Shown: one piece after another, positions 1-10,777 of the stretch
Position numbering within the stretch: position 1 is the stretch's first letter
Layout: each line of letters opens with the position of its first letter
Source of the DNA: Trueperaceae bacterium
Lineage (GTDB): Bacteria; Deinococcota; Deinococci; Deinococcales; Trueperaceae
DNA: 64,000 nucleotides
Direction of reading: 5' to 3'
Assembly: GCA_034520945.1 (NCBI GenBank)
Contig: JAXHNB010000006.1
Span: 224,001-288,000 of the forward strand
Notes under the pieces: model-generated
What the model saw: the letters and a program-made list of their open reading frames with translations, nothing else
Database searches by the model: none
What the model was told of the DNA's origin: nothing
Translations under genes and position numbers: made by a program

Positions 1-785
1 ATGGCGAGGTGCCGGATGTCGGCCGGTTCGGCGCCGGCGTCGGCGGCGGCGGCGGTGATCACGTCACGGAAGGTGGCCAGGCTGCGCTCCTCCAGCCGCG
101 CCTTCATGCCGCCAGGGTCGGGCACCTCCAGGCGGAAGCGGTGCGCGTTGTCGGCCGTGACGGGCTCCACCGTGCCGCCCACCGGCACCCGCACGTCCAG
201 CGAGAAACTGCCGTCGGTCACGATATGGCTGCGCAGGATGGCGTGACCGGCCCCGCGGCGCACGACCATGGCGCCGCCGCCCGCGCCGAGGGCGTACATG
301 AACCGCACGTTGGGATCGCGGTAGTCGATCAGGTCGCCGTTGCGGTAGCCGCCGGCCACCAGGACGACGCTCACGCGATCGTCGGCCGTGATCAGGTCGC
401 GGGCGAGCTTGAGCGCCAGCACCGAGGTGCCGCACTTCTGGCCCACGTCGAACGCCCAGGCGCGGCTGGCGCCAAGGTCGTACGCCATCTTGATGCCGGC
501 GGTCCACACCGGGTACTCCTTGTACTCCTCGGTGATGCTGACCACCACGTCGACGTCGGCCGCGTCGACCCCGGCATCCTCCAAGGCGCGCTGGGCCGCC
601 CAGGTCCCCATGGCGGCGGGATGATCATGGGGACCGGGATCGGTCTTGCTGGCGACGCCGAGCTTGTCGCGCACCACCCAGGCGGGCAGGCCGCTGGCCT
701 CGGCGATCTGCTCGGCGCTGAGGCGGCCTTCGGGCAGGTAGGTGCCGAGGCCGGCCACGCCGACGTGAGGGGTGGCCGCACTCAC
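1..785 (-). CDS. 3-oxoacyl-ACP synthase III (FabH)-like protein, partial (runs off window start)
   Basis: Manual translation from GTG 785 (GTGA overlap with tetR stop): VGVAGLGTYLPE...AAQRALEDAG...AFDVGQKCGTSVLAL, with a catalytic Cys. Not in the ORF track because it is truncated. Confidence 0.85.
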   Translation of the reverse strand, partial: MSAATPHVGVAGLGTYLPEGRLSAEQIAEASGLPAWVVRDKLGVASKTDPGPHDHPAAMGTWAAQRALEDAGVDAADVDVVVSITEEYKEYPVWTAGIKMAYDLGASRAWAFDVGQKCGTSVLALKLARDLITADDRVSVVLVAGGYRNGDLIDYRDPNVRFMYALGAGGGAMVVRRGAGHAILRSHIVTDGSFSLDVRVPVGGTVEPVTADNAHRFRLEVPDPGGMKARLEERSLATFRDVITAAAADAGAEPADIRHLA

Positions 786-1414
786 GCGGTCCCCCCGCTC
801 TGCGCTGCCTCGTCCGCGGCCGACGCCTCCGGCGCCAAGGCACGATGCACGAACGCCAGGGCGCCCTCCCATTGGGCCGGGTCGGGGCGGCCGCCGGCCC
901 AGATCGCCCGCAGCCCGAGGAAGTGCGCCACGCCCATCAGGGCCCATGCCTGCGCTTCGGGATCGCCGGCATGGATCTCGCCGCGGTCGCGGGCCGCTGC
1001 CAGGCCGTCGGCGTACCGGCGGGCGAGGCCCTCGTAGTACTCGCGGTAGATCGCCTCGTCCACGAACTGCGACTCCATCACCACGCGGTAGAGGTTCTCG
1101 TGCTCGCAGGCGAAGCGGACGAACGCCTGGAAGCCGAGCCGTTCTGCGTCCAAGCGGTCCTGGGCCCCCTCGGCGGCGGCCGCCAGCGTGCGGCGGAGCA
1201 TCCGGCCCATGTGCCGAACCAGCTCCCGCATGGTGTCTTCCTTGCCGGGGAAGTACAGGTAGAAGGTGCCTTGCGCCACGCCGGCGCGGCGGGTGATCGA
1301 CGCCACCGAGGCGGCGTGGTAGCCCTTCTCGCCGAACTCGTGCTCGGCGGCGTCCAGCAATTTCGCGCGGGTGGCTTCTCCCCGCGCGGTGGCGGGTCGG
1401 CCGGGATGCGGCAC
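782..1414 (-). CDS. TetR/AcrR family transcriptional regulator
   Basis: N-terminal HTH LLDAAEHEFGEKGYHAASVASITRRAGVAQGTFYLYFPGK; GGAGG RBS upstream. Confidence 0.93.
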   Translation of the reverse strand: MPHPGRPATARGEATRAKLLDAAEHEFGEKGYHAASVASITRRAGVAQGTFYLYFPGKEDTMRELVRHMGRMLRRTLAAAAEGAQDRLDAERLGFQAFVRFACEHENLYRVVMESQFVDEAIYREYYEGLARRYADGLAAARDRGEIHAGDPEAQAWALMGVAHFLGLRAIWAGGRPDPAQWEGALAFVHRALAPEASAADEAAQSGGTA

Positions 1415-1456
1415 GGTGTCCTCCAGGGACCGACGGAGTGCCGAAGGTCGGGAACA

Positions 1457-1477
1457 TGACGACTGATTCAGGTGTCA
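1457..1477. promoter_or_regulatory. Imperfect palindrome, candidate TetR autoregulatory operator
   Basis: TGACgaCTGAtTCAGgtGTCA (16/21 symmetric), about 45 bp upstream of tetR. Confidence 0.5.
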
Positions 1478-1863
1478 GAAGAATACGGGAGCCGGGCCGC
1501 GGCGTCAAGTGTGCTCGTTCCGCGGCGCAGCTCGGCCGGACGTCTCGGCACGGTGGGATGGGGACGTGTGCAGCGCCCCCTCGGGAACGGCGCGGTGTTC
1601 GCGGTGAATGCGCCGGGTCCGGCGCACCCCCTCGCCTACCTCGGCGGCCTCGAGGATCGATCCGCGCCGTCCCTCACAGGATCTCTCGGGAACTATGCGT
1701 GCATGCTTTAGCGTATGCACAGGCGCGCAGGTGCAAGGGGACGCGACGAAGGCGATGCCCGCGCCGGTCCCCCTCCACCTTCGTCATGGCGTCGTGGGGA
1801 GCGGCCGTGAAATAGTGGGTCCATGATCAGACTCGCTTGTCCTCAGTCCGGCGCGGGCGCCTC

Positions 1864-3318
1864 GTGACCGCGCTGCCGATGATCTTCCAGGGGGGGATGG
1901 GCGTCGCCGTCTCCGATTGGCGCTTGGCCCGTGCCGTGTCGACCGAGGGGCAGCTCGGGGTGGTGTCGGGCACCGGCATCGACTCGGTGCTGGTGCGCCG
2001 CCTGCAGGACGGCGACCTCGGGGGGCACATGCGTCGCGCCCTGGCCAGCTTCCCCTTCGCAGACGTGGCGTCCCGCGCCTTGGAGACGTACTTCCGCCCC
2101 GAAGGGCGCGCGCCGGGCCAGCCGTACGCGCGCCTGCCGCTGCCCACGGTCAAGGGCAGCACCTTCGCACGCGGGATGACCATGCTCGCCGCGTTCAGCG
2201 AAGTGTTCCTGGCGAAGGAGGGGCACGACCAGCCGGTCGGCCTGAACCTCCTCACCAAGGTGCAGCTGCCGAACCTGGCGACGTTGTACGGCGCGATGCT
2301 GGCCGGTGTCGACGCGGTGCTGATGGGGGCGGGCATTCCGCGCGAGGAGCCCGGCGCCCTGGACCGCTTGGCGGCGCAGCGGCCCGCCTCGCTGAACGTG
2401 GACGTGGCGGGCTCCGCCGGGTCCGGGCCTGCCCCCACCGTGGCGTTCGACCCGGCCGAGTTCGGCGGGGACGCCATCGGTCCCCTCCGGCGGCCGGCGT
2501 TTCTGCCGATCATCTCCTCGCACGCGTTGGCGAAGATGCTGCTGAAGCGCGCGACCGGCGCCATCCAGGGCTTCGTGGTCGAGGGACCGACCGCCGGTGG
2601 TCACAACGCCCCGCCTCGCGGGAAGGCCGCCCTGGACGAGACCGGCCAGCCGGTGTACGGCGAGCGGGACGTGCCCGACCTGGCGGCGCTGCGGGCGATG
2701 GGGCTCCCGTTCTGGTTGGCGGGCGGGACGGGCTCGCCCGAGGGTCTGCGCCGGGCGCTCGACGACGGCGCGACCGGCATCCAGGTGGGCACGCTGTTCG
2801 CGTACAGCGACGAGTCGGGGCTGGAGGCGGATCTCAAGCGACGCGTGATCGCACGTGCGCTGGCCGGCCAGCTGGAGGTGCGGACCGACCCGCGTGCCTC
2901 GCCGACCGGGTTCCCGTTCAAGGCCGTGTCGTTGCCCGGCACCAACGCCGAGGTCGAGCCGTACCGGAGGCGCACGCGCGTGTGCGACCTGGGCTACCTG
3001 CGCGAGCCGTACCGGACGCCCGCGGGGACGATTCAGTATCGCTGCGCCGCGGAACCGGTCGACGCCTACGTGGCGAAGGGCGGCCGGGTCGAGGACACCG
3101 TGGGACGCAAGTGCTTGTGCAACGCGCTGATGGCGGACGTCGGCCTGCCGCAGGTCCAGCGCGATGGGCAGACCGAGCGGCCGCTGGTCACCAGCGGGGA
3201 CGCGCTCGCGTCGTTGCCCCGTTTCCTGCGCCAGGGGGCGGCGGAGTACACGGCGGGCGACGTTGTGCGGTTCCTGCTGGGACGCTCCGACGCCCGGGTG
3301 GGCGCGTCGCCGGCCTGA
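1864..3318 (+). CDS. Nitronate monooxygenase / 2-nitropropane dioxygenase-family flavoprotein
   Basis: IFQGGMGVAVS, VEGPTAGGHNAP, FWLAGG, GIQVGTLF. Start uncertain (TTG 1837, GTG 1864 or ATG 1879). Confidence 0.85.
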   Translation: MTALPMIFQGGMGVAVSDWRLARAVSTEGQLGVVSGTGIDSVLVRRLQDGDLGGHMRRALASFPFADVASRALETYFRPEGRAPGQPYARLPLPTVKGSTFARGMTMLAAFSEVFLAKEGHDQPVGLNLLTKVQLPNLATLYGAMLAGVDAVLMGAGIPREEPGALDRLAAQRPASLNVDVAGSAGSGPAPTVAFDPAEFGGDAIGPLRRPAFLPIISSHALAKMLLKRATGAIQGFVVEGPTAGGHNAPPRGKAALDETGQPVYGERDVPDLAALRAMGLPFWLAGGTGSPEGLRRALDDGATGIQVGTLFAYSDESGLEADLKRRVIARALAGQLEVRTDPRASPTGFPFKAVSLPGTNAEVEPYRRRTRVCDLGYLREPYRTPAGTIQYRCAAEPVDAYVAKGGRVEDTVGRKCLCNALMADVGLPQVQRDGQTERPLVTSGDALASLPRFLRQGAAEYTAGDVVRFLLGRSDARVGASPA

Positions 3319-3388
3319 ACGTGCTGGGGCGCCGGTCCGAGGTGCACGTCCGCCTTGGACGTCGGGGGCCGCGCGGTAGGCTGACGTC

Positions 3389-4096
3389 ATGCCGCTGACC
3401 GACGTCGAGGCGCGGGTGCTGGGGTCGCTGGTCGAGAAGGAGAAGACCACGCCCGACGCCTACCCGCTCAGCAGCGCCGGGTTGCTGGCCGCCTGCAACC
3501 AGAAGAGCAACCGCGAGCCGGTGATGGACCTGCATCTGCGAGAGGTCGAGGAGGCCGTGCTGCGGTTGCGGGAACGCGGGCTGGCGGCCACCGTGCACGG
3601 CGCGGGCGACCGCGTGCCCAAGCATCGCCACCGCCTCGGCGACCAGCTCAGGGTGAGCCACGGCGAGGTGTCGCTGTTGGCGGTGCTGCTGCTCCGCGGG
3701 CCCCAGACGGTCGCGGAGCTCCGCGCGCGCACGGAACGCTACGGCGTGCGCGGGGACGCGTCCGTGGTGGAGGAGGCGCTGGCCGGGTTGGCGGCACGCA
3801 CGGCGCCGCTGGTGGCCAACGTCGGCCGTGGGCCCGGGCAGAGCCAGGACCGCTGGGACGAACTGCTCACCGGGTCGGAGGATCGGCTCCGGCCGCGCGC
3901 CCGTAAGCCACGGGACGACCAGGCGCCGGCGGGTGCCCCGGCGGCGGGCGATGCGGACCCGGAGGACGCGACGCAGGACGCCGCGGCCCCGGAGGCGGGC
4001 CCGGCGCGCGGCCAGCTGGAGGCGCGCCTGGCGCGTCTGGAGGCGCGGGTGGCCGCGCTGGAGGGGCGCGTCGGGGTGGCCGCGCAGGACGACTGA
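3389..4096 (+). CDS. YceH / DUF480 family protein
   Basis: EARVLGSLVEKEKTTPDAYPLS...ACNQKSNREPVM, LLLRGPQT.AELRARTER. Confidence 0.9.
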   Translation: MPLTDVEARVLGSLVEKEKTTPDAYPLSSAGLLAACNQKSNREPVMDLHLREVEEAVLRLRERGLAATVHGAGDRVPKHRHRLGDQLRVSHGEVSLLAVLLLRGPQTVAELRARTERYGVRGDASVVEEALAGLAARTAPLVANVGRGPGQSQDRWDELLTGSEDRLRPRARKPRDDQAPAGAPAAGDADPEDATQDAAAPEAGPARGQLEARLARLEARVAALEGRVGVAAQDD

Positions 4097-4134
4097 CGCC
4101 CGCTCGGACGGCGGGGCGTTCGGGCCCGGCGGCG

Positions 4135-4791
4135 TCAGGCGGGGTGCAACCGGCCCGCAGCCAGGCGCCAGGCGCGGAGGCCCAGCGTCCGTTCCAGGTG
4201 CCGTTCGTGGCCCACGACCACCATCGCTTGCGGCAGGTCCGCCAGGATCCCGACCAGGCGCCGTTCATTCTCCTCGTCCAACCCCAGCAGCGGCTCGTCC
4301 AGCAGCAGCACCTCCGGGCGCATCGCCAGTACCGTCGCCAGCGCGACCAGGCGCGCTTCGCCGCCGGACAGGCGGTGCGTGGCGCGCGACGCCAACGCCT
4401 GCAGGCCCAGGGCGGCCAGCGTCTCGTCGCAGCGCGCGTCGGCGTCGGCCGGGCCGAGCCCTTGGTTGCGGGGGCCGAACGCGACGTCCTCGCGGACGGT
4501 CGGGCAGAACAGTTGGTCCTCGGGGGTCTGGAACAGGAGGCCGGTGCGGAGGCGAACCTCGTGAAAGTCGCGCGGCCGTAGCCGCTCGCGGCCGTACGCC
4601 CACACGCGCCCGGCCGAAAGCCGTTGCAGGCCCATCATGGTTCGCAACAGCGTGCTCTTGCCGGCCCCGTTGACGCCGCCGATCGCCAGCCGGTCGCCGG
4701 CGGCCACGTCCAGGTCGACCCCGTCCAGCACCGTGCGGCCGTCGCCGTACGCCACGCGCACGCCCTGAAGGCGCAGCAGCGGCGCGCTCAC
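4135..4791 (-). CDS. cbiO: ECF-type Co/Ni transporter ATPase (CbiO/NikO)
   Basis: Walker A GVNGAGKST, Q-loop FQTPEDQLFCPTVREDVAFGP, LSGGE, LLLDEP; GTG 4791 overlaps the cbiQ stop. Confidence 0.9.
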   Translation of the reverse strand: MSAPLLRLQGVRVAYGDGRTVLDGVDLDVAAGDRLAIGGVNGAGKSTLLRTMMGLQRLSAGRVWAYGRERLRPRDFHEVRLRTGLLFQTPEDQLFCPTVREDVAFGPRNQGLGPADADARCDETLAALGLQALASRATHRLSGGEARLVALATVLAMRPEVLLLDEPLLGLDEENERRLVGILADLPQAMVVVGHERHLERTLGLRAWRLAAGRLHPA

Positions 4792-5549
4792 GGCGCCCCG
4801 CCCGCCACGAACGCCAGCAGCAGGACCGCGGCCACCGTCAGCAGGACCCTGTCGCGCCCCGGCAAGGGGGCAGCGGCCACCGGGAGGAAGCGGCCGTCGA
4901 ACCCGCGGCAGCGCATGGCGTCCAGGACCCGTTCGGCGCGCTCGAAGGCGCGCACCACCAGCGCCCCGATTAGGTAGCCCAGGGTGCGGTACCCGTGCGC
5001 GGTGCTGCGCGGCCGGAAGCCGCGGGCGCGCACGCTTCGGTGCAGCCGTTCCACCTCGCGTTCGAGGACGGAGAGGTAGCGCGCCGCGAACGCCACCGTC
5101 TGTACCAGGCCGCCCGGCACGCGCAGCTGCGCCAGGGTGCGCGCCAGGACGGACACGTCCAGCGTGCCCAGGAGGCCCAGTACCGCCAGCGAGATCGCGT
5201 TGGCGCGCAACGCCACGCTCGCGGCCCGGGCCAGGCCGGCCTCGCTGAGCGTCAGCGGCCCCAGCGTCGCCACGGGTTCGCCCGGCACCGTGAAGGGCAG
5301 GGTGCAGACCACCAGCAGCACCAGCCCTTCGACCGCGGCCAGCCTCCGTCGCAGCGCGCCGGGGGGGTGCCGCGACAGCCCCAACGATGCGAGCGCCGCC
5401 GCCAGCGCCAGCGCAAGGCGGAGCAGGTCCGGCTGCGCCGCGACGGCGACCGCGAACCCGATGGCCAGCAGCACGCGGGTGCGCGGGTCCAGGCCGTCGA
5501 TCGGCCCCCGGCCCGCCCGCTCCGATGCGCGTACCGTGACGACGGCCAT
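4788..5549 (-). CDS. cbiQ: ECF transporter T component (CbiQ/NikQ)
   Basis: LDPRTR N-terminus, RARGF and MRCRGF coupling motifs, hydrophobic helices. Confidence 0.9.
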   Translation of the reverse strand: MAVVTVRASERAGRGPIDGLDPRTRVLLAIGFAVAVAAQPDLLRLALALAAALASLGLSRHPPGALRRRLAAVEGLVLLVVCTLPFTVPGEPVATLGPLTLSEAGLARAASVALRANAISLAVLGLLGTLDVSVLARTLAQLRVPGGLVQTVAFAARYLSVLEREVERLHRSVRARGFRPRSTAHGYRTLGYLIGALVVRAFERAERVLDAMRCRGFDGRFLPVAAAPLPGRDRVLLTVAAVLLLAFVAGGAP

Positions 5550-5552
5550 CCC

Positions 5553-6125
5553 TCAGCCGCGTTTCCGGCGCCACGCCAGTGCGATCAGCCCGGTGAGACC
5601 GAGCAGGTAGCCCACGCCCCCGACGATGTCCTGCAGGCCGCGGCGCGCCTCGGCCACGGCCAGCTCCTCCCGCAAGCGGTCGACGTGGCGCGCCACCGCG
5701 GCGTCCACGAGCGCCTCGAGCGCCGCCGCGTCGACCTGCGGCGCGGGCGCCCCGCCGGGCGGTTCCGCCGCCTGGGGGGCGGCCTCGGCGGCGTCCGGAC
5801 CGTCGTTTCTTGCCCCCGCCACCGCCCACACGGCGCGGTGGCCGTCGGCGGTCGTCACCTCGACCCGGGCGGCGGCCTCCTCGTCGTCCAGCGCCGCGCG
5901 CACGACTCGGAAGCGGCCCTCGTCGTCGGTGGTGGTCTCGTCCGCGACCTCGTCGTTCACGATCAGGCGCGCGGCCGCACCGCGGGCCGGCGCGCCCCCC
6001 GTGAAGTACGCCCGGCCCTGCAGGGCGTTCGCCTCGATCGTCACGAACACGTTCAGGCCGTGCGCGCCGGCCGTTCCGGCCAGGGCCAGCAGCAGTGCCA
6101 CGAGGGCCGCAGGCAGGCTACGCAT
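5553..6125 (-). CDS. NikL/CbiL-like accessory membrane protein
   Basis: Signal peptide then AHGLNVF; DGHRA motif; C-terminal DIVGGVGYLLGLTGL TM segment; located between M and Q genes. Confidence 0.7.
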   Translation of the reverse strand: MRSLPAALVALLLALAGTAGAHGLNVFVTIEANALQGRAYFTGGAPARGAAARLIVNDEVADETTTDDEGRFRVVRAALDDEEAAARVEVTTADGHRAVWAVAGARNDGPDAAEAAPQAAEPPGGAPAPQVDAAALEALVDAAVARHVDRLREELAVAEARRGLQDIVGGVGYLLGLTGLIALAWRRKRG

Positions 6126-6732
6126 GGGCCGGCCGCCACGGGAGGAGTTCGGGCTTGGCGCGGGCGATCGCCACGACGGACGCGGCGGTGACGAACGCTT
6201 CGGCGAACAGCACGGGCCCGTGCGCGGCAAGGACCGCGCCGGCGGCGGGCAACAGTTCGCGACCGCTGAGGCCCAGGAGAACGGCCAGCACCAGCCCGGA
6301 GCCCAGCACGCCCGCCGCGCCCAGCAGCGCCGCGACCGGCGTCAGGCGGGCGGGACGGTCGCCGCGAAGCCAGCGTCGGGCCACCGCGTGGCACGCGACC
6401 GCCGGCACGGCGAACACCAACAGGTTGGCGCCCAGCACGGTGAGGCCGCCGTAGCCGAACAGCAGCAGTTGCAGGATCAGCGCCGCCAGGAAGGCGGGAA
6501 ACGCCGCCCAGCCCAGCAGGATCCCGACCAGGGCGGTGAGCAGCAGGTGCGCGCTGGCGACGCCCACGGGCACGTGCACCAGCGAGGCGACGAAGAACAG
6601 GGCGCTGGCCATCCCCACGCGCGGCACGTCGTCGGGGTCGAGTCGACGTAACGCCACGCTCAGGCCGGCGCCCGCGACCGCCGTGGCGCCCAACAGGACC
6701 GGGCCCGAGAGGACGCCGTCGGCGATGTGCAT
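6118..6732 (-). CDS. cbiM: ECF transporter S component (CbiM/NikM)
   Basis: Metal-binding N-terminus MHIADGVL; SAHLLL; LLLFGYGGLTVLGAN. Confidence 0.92.
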   Translation of the reverse strand: MHIADGVLSGPVLLGATAVAGAGLSVALRRLDPDDVPRVGMASALFFVASLVHVPVGVASAHLLLTALVGILLGWAAFPAFLAALILQLLLFGYGGLTVLGANLLVFAVPAVACHAVARRWLRGDRPARLTPVAALLGAAGVLGSGLVLAVLLGLSGRELLPAAGAVLAAHGPVLFAEAFVTAASVVAIARAKPELLPWRPAHA

Positions 6733-6733
6733 C

Positions 6734-7519
6734 TCACTCCACCGCGCGGGCGTGCAGCCACAGGAGGCCACCGAGCTCGACGTCCCACGGCTGGCCGTCG
6801 GGGCCGGTCATGGGTTCCTCGCCGTCCACCAGCGCGGCGAAGCCCCACCAGCCGGCACGCGGCATCGCGTAGGCGAAGGTGCCGTTGGCATCGGCGCGAA
6901 TCGCCTGGGTCGCGAACACGAAGGCACCGGCGTCGACGCTGCCGTCGTTGCGCCACTCGACCTCGACCTCGGCGAAGGGTACCGGGGCGCCGTCCCGCAG
7001 CACCACGCCGCGGAACAGGTTGCCTGCCCACAGGTCGTACGGACGCGCCAACGGCCGGATCTCGACCGGCAGCCCGACGGGCTGCGCCCAGCCGTCGCTC
7101 AGAGCGTACGCGTTCACGATCACCTTGGCGTAGTGCACGATCGCCTTGCCTTCGGCCTCCTCGAAGTAGGGCGCGGGCTCGACGTAGAAGACGTGATCGC
7201 CGGGTGCTGCGACCTGGTAGCGGGCGCGGTATGCCGGTTGTCCCCCCACACGAACGGATTCCAGGGACTCGGACAGGTCGACCGTGCGGCCGCCGACGAT
7301 CACGCCGAACGCCGAGGGCCTCTCCATGGCCATCGTCGGCCCGCCCGCGAAGGGATGGGTGAACGTGAGCGACAACGCGAGGTCGGGGCCCGTGTCGTGC
7401 GTGACGAGGTCGTGTCCGGGGATCAGCTCCAGGAAGTGGGCGTGCGCCAGCGCGGCGAGCGCCGCCACGGCGAGCGCGACCCGCGCGGATCGGAGGGCGA
7501 GAGGGCGGAGGCGAGGCAT
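6734..7519 (-). CDS. DUF4198 / NikK-like exported Ni/Co transport protein
   Basis: Signal peptide then [39 protein letters not shown]. Confidence 0.8.
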   Translation of the reverse strand: MPRLRPLALRSARVALAVAALAALAHAHFLELIPGHDLVTHDTGPDLALSLTFTHPFAGGPTMAMERPSAFGVIVGGRTVDLSESLESVRVGGQPAYRARYQVAAPGDHVFYVEPAPYFEEAEGKAIVHYAKVIVNAYALSDGWAQPVGLPVEIRPLARPYDLWAGNLFRGVVLRDGAPVPFAEVEVEWRNDGSVDAGAFVFATQAIRADANGTFAYAMPRAGWWGFAALVDGEEPMTGPDGQPWDVELGGLLWLHARAVE

Positions 7520-7646
7520 CGGGCTCCCTTCGGCGCGCCACCGACCCGCACGGCGCGTTGCCCGAATGGTAGTGCCGGGCGGTGCATCGGGACAGGGGTT
7601 GAACGTCCCCGGGTAGGCCGTGAGCGCACGCGCTGCCCGGGGGCGT

Positions 7647-8432
7647 TCAGCGGCCCGTGGACCCCGCCTCCGCGCCATCACGAACGGCGGCGACGACCTC
7701 GTTCGCCCGTGCGCGCAGGTGGCCGAGGTCGGTGTCCGCCGTCACGAAGCCGAAGCCGCGCGCCAGCATCTCGCGCGCGTAGGCGGGGGACTTGCAGAAG
7801 ATGCCGGCGGGGACCCCGTGCGCCGCCGCGCGCTCCAAAAGGTGATCGAGGGCGTCCGGCACGGGCCCATCGCGGAAATCGGCGCCCGGAGGGCCGCCCA
7901 GGGCTTGCGACAGGTCGGCGGGCCCGACGAACACCATGTCCAGCTCGGGCACGCTCAAAACCTCGTCCAGCGCGTTCAGCGCGGCGCGGGTCTCGATCAT
8001 GGCGATGGCCAGGACCGTGTCGTTGGCCTCCGCGGCGTAGTCCGGCCCGCCGTAGAACGCGGCGCGGGTGGGGCCGTAGCTGCGGCGGCCGCGCGGGGGG
8101 TAGCGGCAGGCGGACACCAGGGCTCGCACGTCGTCGGCCCCTTCGATCATGGGGGCGATCACGCCGTACGCGCCGAGGTCCAGGGCCTTCATGATCCGGC
8201 CCGGTTCGTTCCAGGCGACCCGCACCAACGGCACGGTGTCGGTGGTGGAGAGGGCCTGCAGGGCGCTCAACAACTCGGCGTCGTCGACCGCCCCGTGTTG
8301 CTGATCCACGGTGACGGCGTCGAAGCCGGCGTGCGCCAACGCTTCGGCGACGAGGGGGTGGCCGGCCGTCAACCAGCCGGAGAGCACCGGACGGCCGTGT
8401 CGGAGGGCTTGCTGGACAGGATTCGGGCGCAT
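7647..8432 (-). CDS. HpcH/HpaI aldolase family protein
   Basis: [50 protein letters not shown]. Confidence 0.9.
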   Translation of the reverse strand: MRPNPVQQALRHGRPVLSGWLTAGHPLVAEALAHAGFDAVTVDQQHGAVDDAELLSALQALSTTDTVPLVRVAWNEPGRIMKALDLGAYGVIAPMIEGADDVRALVSACRYPPRGRRSYGPTRAAFYGGPDYAAEANDTVLAIAMIETRAALNALDEVLSVPELDMVFVGPADLSQALGGPPGADFRDGPVPDALDHLLERAAAHGVPAGIFCKSPAYAREMLARGFGFVTADTDLGHLRARANEVVAAVRDGAEAGSTGR

Positions 8433-8513
8433 GGCTCAGCCTATCGTGCCCGGCAGCGTGGCGCGACGGTCGAGGGGGCACATGCCCCCCGGCTGCGGCG
8501 GTAGCGTGGGGCC

Positions 8514-9704
8514 ATGTCCCGTGCCCTGATCGACCACCTCGGCCAGCAGCTCGAGGCCCTCCGCGCCGAAGGCCTCTATAAGCACGAACGGGTGCTCACC
8601 TCCGCCCAGCAGGCCGAGATCACCGTGTCGGACGGCGCGGAGGTGTTGAACCTGTGCGCCAACGACTACCTGGGCCTCGCCAACGATCCCCGCATCAATG
8701 ATGCGGCCAAGCGGGGGATCGACACGCGCGGGTTCGGGCTGGCCTCGGTGCGGTTCATCTGTGGGACGCAGGACGTGCACAAGGAGCTCGAGGCGCGCCT
8801 GGCCGACTTCGTCGGCTGCGAGGAGGCGATCTTGTACGCCTCGTGCTTCGACGCCAACGGCGGACTGTTCGAGACGTTGCTGGGCCCCGAGGACGCGGTA
8901 ATCAGCGACGCGTTGAACCACGCCAGCATCATCGACGGCATCCGCCTGTGCAAGGCGCGCCGCTTGCGGTACGCCAACGACGACATGGCCGACCTCGAGG
9001 CCAAACTCCGCGAGGCCCAGGACGCCCGCTTCCGGCTGATCGCCACCGACGGCGTGTTCTCGATGGACGGGATCGTCGCGGATCTGGAGGCGATCTGCGA
9101 CCTGGCCGACCGCTACGACGCGTTGGTGATGGTGGACGACTGCCACGCCACCGGCTTCATGGGGGCCGAGGGGCGGGGCAGCGCGGAGCATCGCGGCGTG
9201 CTGGGCCGCGTCGACATCGTCACCAGCACGCTGGGCAAGGCGCTGGGCGGGGCGAGCGGCGGCTTCACCGCCGCCCGGGGCGAGATCGTGCGCTGGTTGC
9301 GGCAGCGCAGCCGGCCGTACCTGTTCTCGAACAGCGTCGCGCCGCCGGTGGTCACGGCGTCGCTGGCGGTGCTGGACCTGCTGGAGGGGTCGGACGAGCT
9401 GCGCGCGCGCTTGCAGGACAACGCCGCGTGGTTTCGCGCCGAGATGGCGGCGGCCGGGTTCCGGCTGGCGGGCGAGGGTCACCCGATCGTGCCGGTGATG
9501 ATCGGCGACGCCGCGTTGGCCTCCCGCATGGCCGAGCGGCTGCTGGAGGAGGGGATCTACGCCATCGCGTTCTCGTACCCGGTGGTGCCCCGGGGCGAGG
9601 CCCGCATCCGCACGCAGATGTCGGCGCTGCACACGCGTGCGCAGTTGCAGCGCGCGGTCGACGCGTTCGTACGCGTCGGCCGCGAACTCGGGGTGGTGGC
9701 ATGA
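8514..9704 (+). CDS. kbl: Glycine C-acetyltransferase (2-amino-3-ketobutyrate CoA ligase)
   Basis: [48 protein letters not shown]; adjacent to tdh. Confidence 0.96.
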   Translation: MSRALIDHLGQQLEALRAEGLYKHERVLTSAQQAEITVSDGAEVLNLCANDYLGLANDPRINDAAKRGIDTRGFGLASVRFICGTQDVHKELEARLADFVGCEEAILYASCFDANGGLFETLLGPEDAVISDALNHASIIDGIRLCKARRLRYANDDMADLEAKLREAQDARFRLIATDGVFSMDGIVADLEAICDLADRYDALVMVDDCHATGFMGAEGRGSAEHRGVLGRVDIVTSTLGKALGGASGGFTAARGEIVRWLRQRSRPYLFSNSVAPPVVTASLAVLDLLEGSDELRARLQDNAAWFRAEMAAAGFRLAGEGHPIVPVMIGDAALASRMAERLLEEGIYAIAFSYPVVPRGEARIRTQMSALHTRAQLQRAVDAFVRVGRELGVVA

Positions 9705-9729
9705 CGCCCTGCGCCCCCTGGAGGACGGC

Positions 9730-10764
9730 GTGAAGGCCCTGGCGAAGTCGGAGCCCCGTCCCGGGTTGTGGCGCATCGACGCGCCCGAGCCCGAACCGGG
9801 CCCGCGTGACCTGCTCTTGGACGTCACGCACACCTCGATTTGCGGCACCGACCTGCACATCTACGACTGGGACGACTGGGCGCGCCGCACGGTGCCCGTG
9901 CCGATGATCATCGGACACGAGTACGTCGGCGTGGTGCGCGAGGTGGGCGCCGAGGTCCAGGGTTTCGCGGTGGGCGACCGGGTGGCCGGCGAGGGGCACC
10001 TCACCTGCGGGCACTGCCGCAACTGCCGGGCCGGGCGCCGGCACCTGTGCCGCAACACCCGCGGGGTGGGCGTGAACGTGCCGGGCGCGTTCGCGGAACG
10101 GTTCGTGCTGCCCGCCGGCAACGCGTTCCGGGTGCCGCCCGGCATCCCCGACGCATGGGCCGCCCTGTTGGACCCGTTCGGCAATGCGGTGCATACCGCG
10201 CTCACCTTCGACCTGGTCGGTGAGGACGTGCTGATCACGGGGGCGGGACCGATCGGCGTGATGGCGGCGGCGGTGGCGCGCTTCGCCGGGGCGCGCTTCA
10301 TCGTGATCACCGACGTCGCGGCCGACCGTCTGGCGCTGGCCGAGCGGATGGGCGTGGTGGACAAGGCGGTGGACGTCTCGGGCGACGCGCCCGACCTGCG
10401 CGAGGTGATGGGCGAGCTCGGCATGACGGAAGGCTTCGACGTGGCGCTCGAGATGTCCGGCGCCGCGGCCGCCTTCGAGGACATCCTGGGGTCCATCAAC
10501 CACGGGGGGCGGGTGGCGCTGCTGGGCATTCCGTCCGCCCCGATCGCGATCGACTGGAACCGGGTGATCTTCAAGGGGCTCACCCTGCGGGGGATCTACG
10601 GTCGGCGCATGTTCGAGACCTGGTACAAGACCGCCAACCTGCTTCAGTCCGGCGTCGACCTGGCGCCCGTCATCACGCACCAGCTTCCCGCCGACGCGTT
10701 CGAGGAGGGGTTCGACGCGATGCGGACGGGTCGGGCCGGCAAGGTGATCCTGGATTGGACCTGA
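9730..10764 (+). CDS. tdh: L-threonine 3-dehydrogenase
   Basis: [51 protein letters not shown] before GTG 9730. Confidence 0.96.
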   Translation: MKALAKSEPRPGLWRIDAPEPEPGPRDLLLDVTHTSICGTDLHIYDWDDWARRTVPVPMIIGHEYVGVVREVGAEVQGFAVGDRVAGEGHLTCGHCRNCRAGRRHLCRNTRGVGVNVPGAFAERFVLPAGNAFRVPPGIPDAWAALLDPFGNAVHTALTFDLVGEDVLITGAGPIGVMAAAVARFAGARFIVITDVAADRLALAERMGVVDKAVDVSGDAPDLREVMGELGMTEGFDVALEMSGAAAAFEDILGSINHGGRVALLGIPSAPIAIDWNRVIFKGLTLRGIYGRRMFETWYKTANLLQSGVDLAPVITHQLPADAFEEGFDAMRTGRAGKVILDWT

Positions 10765-10777
10765 GGCGCCCCTCGCG

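Noticed and set aside
7520..7646. Possible cobalamin or NiCo riboswitch before the ECF operon
   Set aside because: Leader is short, with no B12-box or other conserved riboswitch motif seen
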